From positions 52,233 through 116,232 of the forward strand of contig JBCBZJ010000007.1 of the NCBI GenBank assembly GCA_039815375.1: a stretch of DNA of 64,000 nucleotides. The letters are read 5' to 3'. This DNA is from Verrucomicrobiota bacterium. GTDB taxonomy: Bacteria; Verrucomicrobiota; Verrucomicrobiia; Opitutales; Coraliomargaritaceae. Within the stretch, counting starts at the first letter, position 1, and each line of letters opens with the position of its first letter. Positions 9,130-19,046 of the stretch are shown one piece after another. The notes beneath the pieces are model-generated. The model was not told the origin of the DNA. It was given only the letters and a program-made list of their open reading frames with translations, and searched no databases. Both the position numbers and the translations under genes were made by a program.

Positions 9130-10020
9130 ATGAATCTTTCTTCGGAACAACTGACAGAACTTACAGCCATAGCCAGTTATGCTGCTGAGCGAGCGGGTGC
9201 GTTGATCCGTGAATATGCGAATCGCGAGATCGAAATATTCCGAAAAGATGCGGGGGATAGTCTCGCCACTCAAGTTGTGACAGAAGTCGACGAAAAGGCG
9301 CAATCTATAATTTTGGATGAGTTGGAGCAGAGTATTTTCAAATACGATCTAGCTTTGCTTACAGAAGAGTCCGAAGATGACGGCAGTCGCCATCAAAAGG
9401 ACTACTTTTGGTGTATCGACCCGATGGACGGGACGCTGCCTTTTACCCGCCGTAAGCCAGGTTATGCAGTGTCGATTGGGCTCGTGGGTCTTGACGGAAC
9501 GCCTTCGGTCGGCGTGATTTTTGATCCGGTTGAAAATTGCATGTATACCGCTGCTGTAGGTCTGGGAGCTCGAATCAATGGAAAGCCCTGGCGCCTTCTG
9601 AATCAAAAACCGAGAGCTTCGGCATGCTTACGGTTTTTCTGTGACTGCACCTTCGAAGACGATCCCGACCGGGAGATGATGACAGCAAGAATGCTAAAGT
9701 TTGCAACGGACCAAGGATATGCGAGCGGCGAGGTGATTCTTGGCGGTGGCGCGGTGTTGAATGCCTTACAGGTCTTATTGAATAGTCCAGCCGTATACTT
9801 CAAACGTCCCAAACCAAAGACTGGAGGCGGGTGTTCATGGGATTTTGCAGCAAGTTCGTGTTTCTTTACTGATGCTGGCGGATATGTGTCAGATTTTTGG
9901 GGAAAACGTTTGGAATTGAACGACGCCAAGCATCAATATTTCAATCATTGCGGGGTCTGTTTCAGCACGGATGCCTTGCTTGTCGCATCGATCGCAGAAT
10001 ACTTCGGAGAAATCGAATAA
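9130..10020 (+). CDS. Inositol monophosphatase / CysQ-like phosphatase
   Basis: VVTEVD, LLTEE, WCIDPMDGT, WDFAA motifs of the IMPase/FBPase fold. Confidence 0.88.
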   Translation: MNLSSEQLTELTAIASYAAERAGALIREYANREIEIFRKDAGDSLATQVVTEVDEKAQSIILDELEQSIFKYDLALLTEESEDDGSRHQKDYFWCIDPMDGTLPFTRRKPGYAVSIGLVGLDGTPSVGVIFDPVENCMYTAAVGLGARINGKPWRLLNQKPRASACLRFFCDCTFEDDPDREMMTARMLKFATDQGYASGEVILGGGAVLNALQVLLNSPAVYFKRPKPKTGGGCSWDFAASSCFFTDAGGYVSDFWGKRLELNDAKHQYFNHCGVCFSTDALLVASIAEYFGEIE

Positions 10021-10061
10021 TCGGTTTACGCTAAAGGGTGGAAAGTCTCTAATTTGTATAG

Positions 10062-10703
10062 ATGAAGATTGAATCAGCGAAGTTGCGGGCCAGTGCAAAG
10101 AGTTTGGAGGATTGTCCGTCGTCCAATTTTCCGGAGTTTGCTTTCATCGGGCGCTCCAACGTGGGCAAGTCTTCACTGATTAACATGCTGACCGAGCGAA
10201 AGGAGCTGGCGCATACCTCAAGTAAGCCCGGGAAGACACAACGGATTAATCTTTTCAGTGTAAACGATACCTGGACCCTAGTCGACTTGCCGGGCTACGG
10301 ATATGCGAAACTCTCAAAGGAGAAGCAGGGCGACTTCAATCGCGACATCAGCGCCTACTTGACTGAGCGGTCGAATCTGAAGCACGTTTTCCTCTTGGCG
10401 GATTCGCAGATTGAGCCGCAAGACGGCGATTTGGCTTTTGCGAATTGGTTACAGGAGTGCGAGGTGCCTTACTCGATTATCTTTACTAAGACCGACCGTG
10501 GTTCTGAGAACAAACTGGCCAATTACAGCGATCAATTCATTGCCGAACTTGAAGCCTATGGGCTTAAGCCGAAAAATGTTTATGCCTGCTCCGCAAAGAC
10601 CAAGAAGGGGCGCGGCCCAATTCTTCAGTGGATCGACAGACAGCTTCCGAAAAAAACGAAAAAAAAGTCAGGTAAGCAAATTAACCTGAACTGGATGAAG
10701 TAG
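10062..10703 (+). CDS. engB: Ribosome biogenesis GTP-binding protein EngB (YihA/YsxC)
   Basis: GRSNVGKSSLIN, PGKT, DLPGYGYA, TKTD. Confidence 0.96.
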   Translation: MKIESAKLRASAKSLEDCPSSNFPEFAFIGRSNVGKSSLINMLTERKELAHTSSKPGKTQRINLFSVNDTWTLVDLPGYGYAKLSKEKQGDFNRDISAYLTERSNLKHVFLLADSQIEPQDGDLAFANWLQECEVPYSIIFTKTDRGSENKLANYSDQFIAELEAYGLKPKNVYACSAKTKKGRGPILQWIDRQLPKKTKKKSGKQINLNWMK

Positions 10704-10709
10704 GGCGAC

Positions 10710-11663
10710 CTACATCAGCTGCTTACGTTGGCTTGGGCTGAGCCATTTTGAAATCATGTCTATATCTTTGCTGGCCAGAGCAGCATTAATCTTTGTTCTT
10801 TGCACTGGATTCAGTGGTAGGTTCCTGACTTTGGAGAACTGAAGATGACGTTTCTGGTCGCTGGCGCGTGCAGAGCGGTAAGCATTAACGTCGTAGAGCC
10901 GTGCGACCGAGGTAAGTTCTTTCGGTGTTGCAGCCAAAGCTTCTATATCAGGTGCATAGACTCGTTTTGCGCATCCATGTGACTGAGCGGAGCGAACCAG
11001 TTTAGACCATTCGACTTCTTCCGGATTGTATCGAACTCGAACCACCTCACGTCCGTCCAGCCATCCGGCTTCTGTTTCGGCAACACCATCAATACTGCCA
11101 AGCTTTGCCTCACCATCCCAAAAACAATACATACTAAAGACGGCAGTTTTGAGCATGCTGGCCTCCTGTGCAGACAAGGCGACAGTCTTGAGGTATTCGG
11201 GAACAGGGCGCTTTGCAGATTCGAGCGCTTGAACCATTCGTGCCGCAGTCGCATGAGGTGTCCAGATGCGGTCTCTCCGTGGTATGATATCTTTACCATC
11301 AACATCAATGAAACGCATGACCTGGTAGTTCCATGCAGGCTCTTTAAAACGTTTCAGAATTTCGCGATCGTGCCCTGAGGAGACATTGTTGCGAATCGCG
11401 AGTGGGACAAAATCGTTTTCGATTGCATCGACAATGAGCGGGTGTGTGAGCGTCTCTTGTCCGTATTTTACACAACCCTGACAGCCGGGCACTTCCTGGA
11501 AGAGAATCAAGATGGGTTTTCCGCTTTCCTTGGATTGCTCGATGGCTTGGTCGTAGTTTCGTAACCAATCCACATCGCCTAGCTCTTTATGCGTTGCTGC
11601 CTGCGCGGCAGCAACGCTGATTATTAAAGATACCCCAAAGTGAAAATTTCTTAGAAGACTCAT
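10710..11663 (-). CDS. Secreted thioredoxin-like protein (VPGUxxT-type family, Cys form) fused to an MsrA-like domain
   Basis: Likely start 11663 with signal peptide MSLLRNFHFGVSLIISVAAAQAA; PILILFQEVPGCQGC; C-terminal FSMYCFWDGE...GV..TEAGW..GREVVRVRYNP resembles the MsrA GCFW fold. Confidence 0.75.
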   Translation of the reverse strand: MSLLRNFHFGVSLIISVAAAQAATHKELGDVDWLRNYDQAIEQSKESGKPILILFQEVPGCQGCVKYGQETLTHPLIVDAIENDFVPLAIRNNVSSGHDREILKRFKEPAWNYQVMRFIDVDGKDIIPRRDRIWTPHATAARMVQALESAKRPVPEYLKTVALSAQEASMLKTAVFSMYCFWDGEAKLGSIDGVAETEAGWLDGREVVRVRYNPEEVEWSKLVRSAQSHGCAKRVYAPDIEALAATPKELTSVARLYDVNAYRSARASDQKRHLQFSKVRNLPLNPVQRTKINAALASKDIDMISKWLSPSQRKQLM

Positions 11664-11712
11664 ATTGAATATGGAGGCAGGAGCGTCCGAGTTATTCCTG
11701 AATGAGTCGTTT

Positions 11713-12591
11713 TCATATTTTGCATACAACGATACGATAGCTTGCGTAGAGAATCGCGACACCGCCAACAAGCTCGAGTAGCGCAAACTGCTCCCCTAGC
11801 AAAGCAGCACTCAGAGCGACTGTAAGCGCAGGGGTCAGCATCTGCAAGGTCGAGCCTCTGGCCACGTTGATATAGCGAAAAGATTCGGTGATGCTAAGCT
11901 GTCCTCCGACTACCGTAATCGCAGCCAGAACGCAGAAGCCGAATGCTAATGGCTCTAGATTCAAAATACGATCGCCGGCCATGAACACGGCAATGATCAC
12001 GGTAAACACGCACTGCGCTGCAAAGATGTTTGTGGTGCTCTCGGAATGCCGCAAATGACGGATCATAACCACGCAAAGTCCACCGGCTGCGGCCGTGCCA
12101 ATACTCAGTAGATCGAAGAGTGGCTTTCCGCCATCTAATGCAGCCTCCGCAAAAATTCCGACAAGACCCAACATGGCTAAACCAATATAAACGAAATAGC
12201 TTCGGTTCAGACCTTCTTTTATTAGAATCATGGCAAAGATCGCTGCGAAAAGCGGATAGGAACCACCAATCAAGCCAGCTCGGCCAGGTCCTAGTTCCAT
12301 AATACAGATGTAATATGCAGGTATGGTCGCACCACCTAACAGTCCTCGGATGAAAAGAAGTCGGTTCGTTAGGATATGGTGAATCTGTAATTTGCCCGTG
12401 CTACCCTGCATGGTAAGGATAACGATCAGACCGACGAGTCCGCGATATGCGGACGCTACCCAGCTGTCGACACCGTGCACGGTGTTAGCATAGCTGAGAA
12501 GGATTGAGGTAGTTGCAAAGCAAAGCACCGAGGTGATTGCGAGAGCAAGACCACGTATTTCGTGGGAGCGTTGAGCTGTGGACTGTTCCAT
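11713..12591 (-). CDS. DMT/EamA family transporter
   Basis: About 10 hydrophobic helices in two EamA-like repeats (PLFAAIFA..LIKE; PALTVALSAALLGE); likely start MEQSTAQ at 12591 with an AAAGGA RBS upstream. Confidence 0.88.
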   Translation of the reverse strand: MEQSTAQRSHEIRGLALAITSVLCFATTSILLSYANTVHGVDSWVASAYRGLVGLIVILTMQGSTGKLQIHHILTNRLLFIRGLLGGATIPAYYICIMELGPGRAGLIGGSYPLFAAIFAMILIKEGLNRSYFVYIGLAMLGLVGIFAEAALDGGKPLFDLLSIGTAAAGGLCVVMIRHLRHSESTTNIFAAQCVFTVIIAVFMAGDRILNLEPLAFGFCVLAAITVVGGQLSITESFRYINVARGSTLQMLTPALTVALSAALLGEQFALLELVGGVAILYASYRIVVCKI

Positions 12592-12592
12592 C

Positions 12593-12770
12593 GCGGATCC
12601 TTTCCGGAGCCATACCGGGGTGATCCACGTCAACAGTTTAGCTGTTCATGCAACGACGGAGACCACTCGAGCAGGGTCTCCGTAATTCTTGTTTTTAGCA
12701 GTTACGACCGACCCGCTTCGTGTGCTTTCACACGAATAGTTACGAGCCAGAGTTTTACATTCAGTTGCAT
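12593..12770 (-). promoter_or_regulatory. Candidate structured 5' leader (possible riboswitch) of the DMT transporter
   Basis: Closing stem 12764-12770/12648-12654, perfect hairpins at 12717-12736 and 12656-12683, and an RBS-covering hairpin at 12593-12628. Class not recognised. Confidence 0.4.
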
Positions 12771-12832
12771 TCAGCCGGTAAGAAAGCGCGGTTATTTTAT
12801 AAATACAAGGCTCGAATCAGAAGACATTAGAA

Positions 12833-14371
12833 CTAGCGACCGGTTTCGGCGACAAGCTGCTGCAGGGCAGGGAGGCTTTGGCTGATTGTTTGTTCGAGCT
12901 GTTCGTCACTATAGCGCCATTGCCAATTGCCCATTGCGGCACCGGGTGTGTTGAGGCGAGCTTCGGCTCCGAGGCGCATGATGTCCTGTAGTGGGACAAC
13001 AGACAGGTTTGCTCGAGACTTCATTGCTGCGCGGATAAAGTCCCACGCGATGTCTTCGCCGGACACACAGATATAGCGGCGGACGTGCTCCTTAACATGC
13101 TCAGGCTCGCCCTCATACCAACCGACCGTCGTGTCGTTGTCATGTGTGCCGGAATAGATCACTGTGTTGGACGAGACGTTGTGCGGGAGATACGGACTAT
13201 CATTGCCACCTCCGAAAGCGAACTGGAGAACAGCCATTCCGGGCAGTCCGGTCTGCCGACGAAGCGCATCCACCTCATGCGTAATGACGCCCAGATCCTC
13301 TGCGACGATCTTTGCGTCGGGGCAGGCCTGCCGTATAGCCTGAAAGAGTTCGATTCCGGGACATTTAACCCATTGGCCGTTCCGAGCTGTTTTTGCACCT
13401 GCCGGAACCGACCAGAAGGATTCAAAGCCGCGAAAGTGGTCGATTCGAATAATGTCGTAGAAAGCTAGATTGGCTTTCATCCGTTCAATCCACCAGGAAA
13501 ATCCAGTCTCAAGGTGCTTGTCCCAGTCGTAGAGTGGGTTACCCCAAAGTTGCCCGTCCTCGGAAAAATAATCCGGCGGAACCCCGGCCACCGCAGTAGG
13601 GTGCAGATCTTCATCAAGCTGAAATAGTTCAGGGTTTGACCAGACATCTGAGCTATCGAGTGCGACAAAAATCGGCACATCACCGAGAAGCTCAATGCCA
13701 TTTTGACCTGCATAGTTGCGAAGCTGCTCAAGCTGGGAGTGAAAGAGGTATTGGAAAAACACCTGGGCATCTATGGCAGTCTTCAGGGCTTTGGTTTTAC
13801 GCTTCTTTTTTGCTTTTGTATAGTCCCGGGAGGTAGCAGGCCATTCGAGCCAGCATTGGCCATTATTCTGAGCCTTTAGAGCCATGAAAAGTGCATAGTC
13901 GTTCAGCCAGAACGCCTGTGCCTTCTGGAAGGCCTGAACAGTGCCGTAATCGGAAACGGATTTAGCCCCGGATGCAGCAAAGTTCTCATAGGCTTTCTCG
14001 ATGACTCTCCAAAAATTTTCATAGAGGTAGCCGTATTCGACTTTCTCAGTCGAAAGCCTGTTGAGCGGCAATAAATCCTCGGACGTGATCAGGCCATCCA
14101 AGAGCAGTGGCTCGAGATCAATGAAATAAGGATTTCCCGCAAATGCAGAAAAGCACTGATAGGGCGAATCTCCAAATCCAGTGGGTCCTAGCGGACAAAT
14201 CTGCCAGATTTTGACCTTCGCATCTTTCAGGAAGTTAACGAAACGGTAGGCCGCTGCACCGAAATTGCCTACACCTGTGTCTGAAGGCAAGGAACTGATA
14301 TGTAAGAGGACACCAGAGGCTCGCTTATCCAGCCAGTCATAAAGCGGTTCTCCGTTCTGGTGCAGTGACAT
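12833..14371 (-). CDS. malQ: 4-alpha-glucanotransferase (GH77)
   Basis: GVLLHISSLP, WQICPLGP, SPYQCFSAFAGN, GQLWGNPLY, RIDHFRGF, IVAEDLG, GTHDNDT. Confidence 0.97.
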   Translation of the reverse strand: MSLHQNGEPLYDWLDKRASGVLLHISSLPSDTGVGNFGAAAYRFVNFLKDAKVKIWQICPLGPTGFGDSPYQCFSAFAGNPYFIDLEPLLLDGLITSEDLLPLNRLSTEKVEYGYLYENFWRVIEKAYENFAASGAKSVSDYGTVQAFQKAQAFWLNDYALFMALKAQNNGQCWLEWPATSRDYTKAKKKRKTKALKTAIDAQVFFQYLFHSQLEQLRNYAGQNGIELLGDVPIFVALDSSDVWSNPELFQLDEDLHPTAVAGVPPDYFSEDGQLWGNPLYDWDKHLETGFSWWIERMKANLAFYDIIRIDHFRGFESFWSVPAGAKTARNGQWVKCPGIELFQAIRQACPDAKIVAEDLGVITHEVDALRRQTGLPGMAVLQFAFGGGNDSPYLPHNVSSNTVIYSGTHDNDTTVGWYEGEPEHVKEHVRRYICVSGEDIAWDFIRAAMKSRANLSVVPLQDIMRLGAEARLNTPGAAMGNWQWRYSDEQLEQTISQSLPALQQLVAETGR

Positions 14372-14519
14372 GATGCTGTAAGTTGAGTGAAGGAAAGTCG
14401 CTTGAGCAGGATACAGGCCTTAAATTGCAGTAGGCTGGCTGGCAAAATACAAATTAGACATAATATATATTGTGCGTTATATCTGTAATTTTTGAGAGGT
14501 CTGTGATCTACTGCAGCGG

Positions 14520-15767
14520 CTATTCAGCAAGTCCCCAGCGTTTGGTGAACGGATAGTAAATAAAGACGGCTTTACCGATGACGGCTTTTTCCGGGACAAA
14601 ACCCCAATAACGACTGTCAAGACTGTTGGCCGAGTTATCGCCCAGGGAAACATATGAATCTTCAGGAACCGTAGCAATTGAGCCGGATTCGTTGAGAAGT
14701 TTTGGCATTGGACGATTAGGATCCCTAGTCGGGTATTGGTAACCGCCATATTCACCTTCACGTGCCGCGTTGCGCTCAAAAGCAGCGACTTCATCGCGTG
14801 GTTCACCATCGACTAGAAGCGTTCCGTCCCGGATTTCAAGCGTTTCGCCTCCTACGCCAGCTAAACGCTTAATATAGTATTTGTTGGTGTAATCATCACT
14901 GAAGGGCCCGATTTCCTGCTGAATTTCATCGGTCCTGAAAACGAATGGCTCTCCAGCCTTTGGCTTGCGGAAATGATAGGTAAAACGATCCACGAAAAGC
15001 GCGTCGCCGAGCGTAATATCAAATCGCAGAAGATCCTCCCCGGCTTGAACAGTTTCACTGAGGTTAAAAACAAGACCCGTGCCTGCGGTATTTTGTTCTA
15101 TTCTTGCTTTCGAGAAATCGAAAGCTTTCGCAAAAGTGCTGTTCATGTCGAACTCGGCTGGCACCGTAATCGTGTGCGGCACGCCGTCTACAAGTAATGT
15201 ATATTGCGCACGAATAGCCGGCAGGACAAAAAACTTCCGGCCTTTAACTTTTTCCACGTATGGACGTGGTGAGCCGTCAGGATCGACAGAAATCGGAATC
15301 TGGATGTTACCACTTGTGGTTGCGGTAACCGATTTGTGCCGCGCACCTAAGGTTGCAAACCGGAAAAGCTTTTTGAGTATCGCCGGCTCATTTTCACCCT
15401 CTTCATACATCACCGCATTCATCCCGCTGTAGGTCGGATACATGGAATTTGTCGGGATAATGAAGGGCTGGAAAAAGAAGGTTCGAATGCCAATGACGAT
15501 GATGGCAGCGACTAGCGCAACTTCGATGTTATCATTCCAAAAAGTCTTAGGATACATCTTGCCGCCAATCTTCTTGAGCAAGCCGTCGAGTCGCTTCATG
15601 GCAGCTTCAAGCTGTTCGGCCGCACCGGCTTTCATTGTAGAGTGCACTTCGCCGACTGCTTTGTCCAATTCATCGAGTCGCCCCTCGGGAATGACATCCT
15701 TGCGGTAATGATAAATTTTGTTGGCCGCATGGAGAAGCTCTCTGGCTTGTTTTCGAAGCTGTTTCAT
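14520..15767 (-). CDS. lepB: Signal peptidase I, long form with N-terminal extension
   Basis: IPTNSMYPT catalytic Ser, YIKRL Lys, GDNSANSLDSRYWG; follows lepA. Confidence 0.95.
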   Translation of the reverse strand: MKQLRKQARELLHAANKIYHYRKDVIPEGRLDELDKAVGEVHSTMKAGAAEQLEAAMKRLDGLLKKIGGKMYPKTFWNDNIEVALVAAIIVIGIRTFFFQPFIIPTNSMYPTYSGMNAVMYEEGENEPAILKKLFRFATLGARHKSVTATTSGNIQIPISVDPDGSPRPYVEKVKGRKFFVLPAIRAQYTLLVDGVPHTITVPAEFDMNSTFAKAFDFSKARIEQNTAGTGLVFNLSETVQAGEDLLRFDITLGDALFVDRFTYHFRKPKAGEPFVFRTDEIQQEIGPFSDDYTNKYYIKRLAGVGGETLEIRDGTLLVDGEPRDEVAAFERNAAREGEYGGYQYPTRDPNRPMPKLLNESGSIATVPEDSYVSLGDNSANSLDSRYWGFVPEKAVIGKAVFIYYPFTKRWGLAE

Positions 15768-15800
15768 CTCAGTAGTAGCATGATTGATGATTCGTAAACA

Positions 15801-17612
15801 TCAAGAACCGCCATCGGAGGTTTTGAGAATTTTGATAAAAGCATCCTGCGGGATGGAAACGCTTCCGATATTTTTCATCCGCTTCTTACCCTCTTTCTGT
15901 TTTTCAAGAAGTTTACGCTTACGCGAGATATCACCACCATAACACTTTGCCGTAACATCCTTACGGTAAGCGCTAATGGTTTCACGTGCTAGAACTTGAC
16001 CACCCACTCCAGCCTGAATCGCAATTTTGAACATTTGGCGCGGAAGAATTTCCTTCAAGCGTTTGCAGAGGGCACGTCCCCTGCCCTCGGCTTTGTCTTT
16101 GTGGACGATGGAGGAAAAGGCGTCGACTTGCTCCTGATTTACGAGGATGTCGAGTCGGCATAGTTTGGCTTCTTCGTAGCCTGCCATCTCATAATCCATT
16201 GAGCCATAGCCATGGGTGATGCTTTTCAGGCGGTCATTGAAATCGACGAGAATTTCGTTCAGTGGCAGCCGACAGACCAGCATGACGCGCGAGTCGTCGA
16301 TCGTCTCAGTGTGCTCACATAGGCCGCGCTTTTCACTGACAAGCGCAAGCACATCACCAATGGATGAACTCGGAATGTGAATCGAGGCCGTGATCATAGG
16401 TTCCTCGATAAAGCCGATTTCAGCTGGGTCCGGTAGAAAGACCGGATTGTGGACGTCGAGCTTTTCGCCATCCGTCTTCGTCACATGGTAGACGACGCTC
16501 GGATAGGTTGAAATAACATCGAGGTCATATTCACGCCGAATGCGCTCCTGGATAATCTCCATGTGGAGCAGTCCTAGAAAGCCGCAACGAAAACCGAAAC
16601 CAAGCGCAACTGAATTTTCCGATTGATAAACAAAAGCTGCATCGTTGAGGCGGAGTTTACCCATCGACGCCTTCAGTTTATTGTAATCACTCGTATCGAT
16701 CGGGTAAATACCGCTGAATACCATAGGGCTGACCTCTTTGTAGCCAGGTAACATTTCCTCGGCGGGGTCGTTCGCCAGCGTAATGGTATCGCCTAGTTTA
16801 ATATCTGCGACATCGCGGATGTTGGTCACAATGTAACCTACATCGCCTGCAACGAGTGCGCCTTGCTTCGTCATTTCAGGCGAGAATTTCCCCACCTCTT
16901 TGACTTGTGCTTTCATACCATCGCTCATGGTAATGATACTGTCGCTGTTCTTAACCGAGCCAGAAAACACACGGACATAGCAAATTACACCTTTGTAAGC
17001 GTCGTAGATGCAATCAAAGATAAGAACACGGAGCCCATTGACTTCTGCCCACCTAGGCTTTGGAACTCTTGCAACCGCAGCCTCCATCAAGTCTTCGATG
17101 CCGATGCCGGTTTTTCCGCTAGTTAAAACTGCTTCTTCGGCAGGAATCGCGAGCACATCTTCAAGCTGATGCTGAATCGCCGGGATATCTGCTCCCGGAA
17201 GGTCGACCTTGTTGATGACCGGAATAATCTCCAGCCCCTGCTCGACCGCAAGATGAGCATTGGCTACAGTTTGCGCTTCGATGCCCTGGGCTGCATCAAT
17301 CAAGAGCATTGCACCTTCACAGGCTGCGAGACTACGAGAAACCTCATAGGAAAAGTCGACGTGGCCAGGAGTATCAATCAGATTGAAGGTATAGTCTTGC
17401 CCGTCCTTCGATTTGTAAACCATCGAAACAGGGTGACTTTTGATCGTGATGCCACGCTCTCGCTCCAAATCCATCGAATCGAGCAACTGGTCCTTCATTT
17501 CGCGCATTTCCACAGTGCGGGTGAGCTCTAGAATTCGGTCAGACAGAGTCGTCTTCCCGTGGTCCACGTGAGCAATAATGCAGAAATTTCGCGTATGGTT
17601 GAGGTCAGTCAT
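15801..17612 (-). CDS. lepA: Elongation factor 4
   Basis: RNFCIIAHVDHGKTTLSDR, GFRCGFLGLLHMEI, KCYGGDISRKRKLLEKQKEGKKRMK; likely start MTDLNHTRN. Confidence 0.98.
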   Translation of the reverse strand: MTDLNHTRNFCIIAHVDHGKTTLSDRILELTRTVEMREMKDQLLDSMDLERERGITIKSHPVSMVYKSKDGQDYTFNLIDTPGHVDFSYEVSRSLAACEGAMLLIDAAQGIEAQTVANAHLAVEQGLEIIPVINKVDLPGADIPAIQHQLEDVLAIPAEEAVLTSGKTGIGIEDLMEAAVARVPKPRWAEVNGLRVLIFDCIYDAYKGVICYVRVFSGSVKNSDSIITMSDGMKAQVKEVGKFSPEMTKQGALVAGDVGYIVTNIRDVADIKLGDTITLANDPAEEMLPGYKEVSPMVFSGIYPIDTSDYNKLKASMGKLRLNDAAFVYQSENSVALGFGFRCGFLGLLHMEIIQERIRREYDLDVISTYPSVVYHVTKTDGEKLDVHNPVFLPDPAEIGFIEEPMITASIHIPSSSIGDVLALVSEKRGLCEHTETIDDSRVMLVCRLPLNEILVDFNDRLKSITHGYGSMDYEMAGYEEAKLCRLDILVNQEQVDAFSSIVHKDKAEGRGRALCKRLKEILPRQMFKIAIQAGVGGQVLARETISAYRKDVTAKCYGGDISRKRKLLEKQKEGKKRMKNIGSVSIPQDAFIKILKTSDGGS

Positions 17613-17747
17613 GAAAGAGGTGAAACGGGCTAAAATCATGCACCCTGCGAAAAGTTCAATCCTCTTTATAAGACTTTAGCCCAAGTTAGGCAATGAACTC
17701 AAAACGCACTTTACCTGACTGTCCGATTCTGGAAACGTCATCAGCAT

Positions 17748-19034
17748 ATGTCAGAAGCCTCGAAGCTAAACATCCTTGTTGTCGGATCCGGCGGTCGCGA
17801 ACACGCGCTGGTTCAAAAATGCCTCCAAAGCCCACTTGCAGAGCGGGTGATTGCTGCACCTGGAAACGGTGGCATGGCAGCGGAGATCGATTGTTTTGAG
17901 GTCTCGGTAGAAGATATTTCAGGCTTGGTGGAGCTGGCTAAAGCAGAATCCGTCAGTCTTGTCGTGGTTGGGCCGGAAGTGCCACTCAGCCTCGGCCTCG
18001 TCGATGCCATGGCCGAAGCAGGTATACCTGCATACGGGCCGAATCAGGCTGGTGCACGCCTCGAGTCGAGTAAGGTCTTTTGCAAGGACTTCTTTGCACG
18101 TCACAATATCCCCACTGCCAAATACGCAACCTTTACAGAAGTTGGGCCAGCTCTGGTTTACCTTGAGGAGCACCCTGCCCCGATTGTGATCAAGGCGAGC
18201 GGTCTTGCTGCCGGAAAAGGCGTCATCATGGCTGAAACGCAAGAGGAAGCTATACATGCCGTTAAAGATATGCTCGAGGGCGACGCCTTCGGGACCAGTG
18301 GCAAGGAAATCGTGATTGAAGAGACGCTCTACGGCGAAGAGGCCTCCATTCATGCGATCGCATCCGGTGAAACCTTTGTCTGCTTGCCGCCAAGCCAGGA
18401 TCACAAACGTGCCGGCGAAGGCGACACAGGCCTGAATACAGGTGGTATGGGGGCCTACACGCCAACCAGCAAGGTCACTCCAGCCATGCAGGTTGAAATC
18501 GAAGAACAGGTCATCCGCCCTACTCTTGCGGGCCTCAAAGCCGATGGCATCGATTATAGAGGCACTCTCTATGCAGGGCTCATGTTGACCGAATCGGGTG
18601 TCAAAGTGCTCGAATATAACGTCCGTTTCGGAGATCCGGAAACTCAAGTTCTCCTCCCTATGGTCGACGACGATCTTGTTCCGATTCTCCTCGCAGCCGC
18701 CAAAGGTGAAGCCTTGCCCGAACGCCTCTCGGTCAAGAACGGTGCTGCGATGGTGGTAGTTTTGGCTGCAGGCGGCTATCCAGGCTCTTATGCAAAGGGC
18801 AAAGCGATCAAGTTACCGGAAATATTACCCGAAAACAGTGCCGTCGTGCATGCAGGCACAGTCCTCAGCCAAGACGGATCGATTAGAACCTCGGGAGGTC
18901 GGGTCCTTGGTGTCAGTGGGCAGGCCCCAAGTCTCAGGGAGGCTTCCAAACTCGCTTATTCGGTTTGCGATCAAATCGAATTCGACGATAAATACCTTCG
19001 CCGCGATATAGGTCACCGCGAGCTCAACCGCTAA
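17748..19034 (+). CDS. purD: Phosphoribosylamine-glycine ligase
   Basis: GSGGREHAL, APGNGG, KASGLAAGKGV, QDHKR, NTGGMGAY, EYNVRFGDPETQ. Confidence 0.98.
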   Translation: MSEASKLNILVVGSGGREHALVQKCLQSPLAERVIAAPGNGGMAAEIDCFEVSVEDISGLVELAKAESVSLVVVGPEVPLSLGLVDAMAEAGIPAYGPNQAGARLESSKVFCKDFFARHNIPTAKYATFTEVGPALVYLEEHPAPIVIKASGLAAGKGVIMAETQEEAIHAVKDMLEGDAFGTSGKEIVIEETLYGEEASIHAIASGETFVCLPPSQDHKRAGEGDTGLNTGGMGAYTPTSKVTPAMQVEIEEQVIRPTLAGLKADGIDYRGTLYAGLMLTESGVKVLEYNVRFGDPETQVLLPMVDDDLVPILLAAAKGEALPERLSVKNGAAMVVVLAAGGYPGSYAKGKAIKLPEILPENSAVVHAGTVLSQDGSIRTSGGRVLGVSGQAPSLREASKLAYSVCDQIEFDDKYLRRDIGHRELNR

Positions 19035-19046
19035 AGACCTCCTAAT

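Noticed and set aside
11475..11500. Possible selenocysteine recoding in the VPGC motif
   Set aside because: The codon is TGT (Cys); there is no in-frame TGA in this gene.
12660..12745. Assignment of the DMT leader to the cobalamin or preQ1-I riboswitch class
   Set aside because: No GGGAA junction for cobalamin, and the stem register does not fit preQ1-I; kept only as an unclassified candidate.
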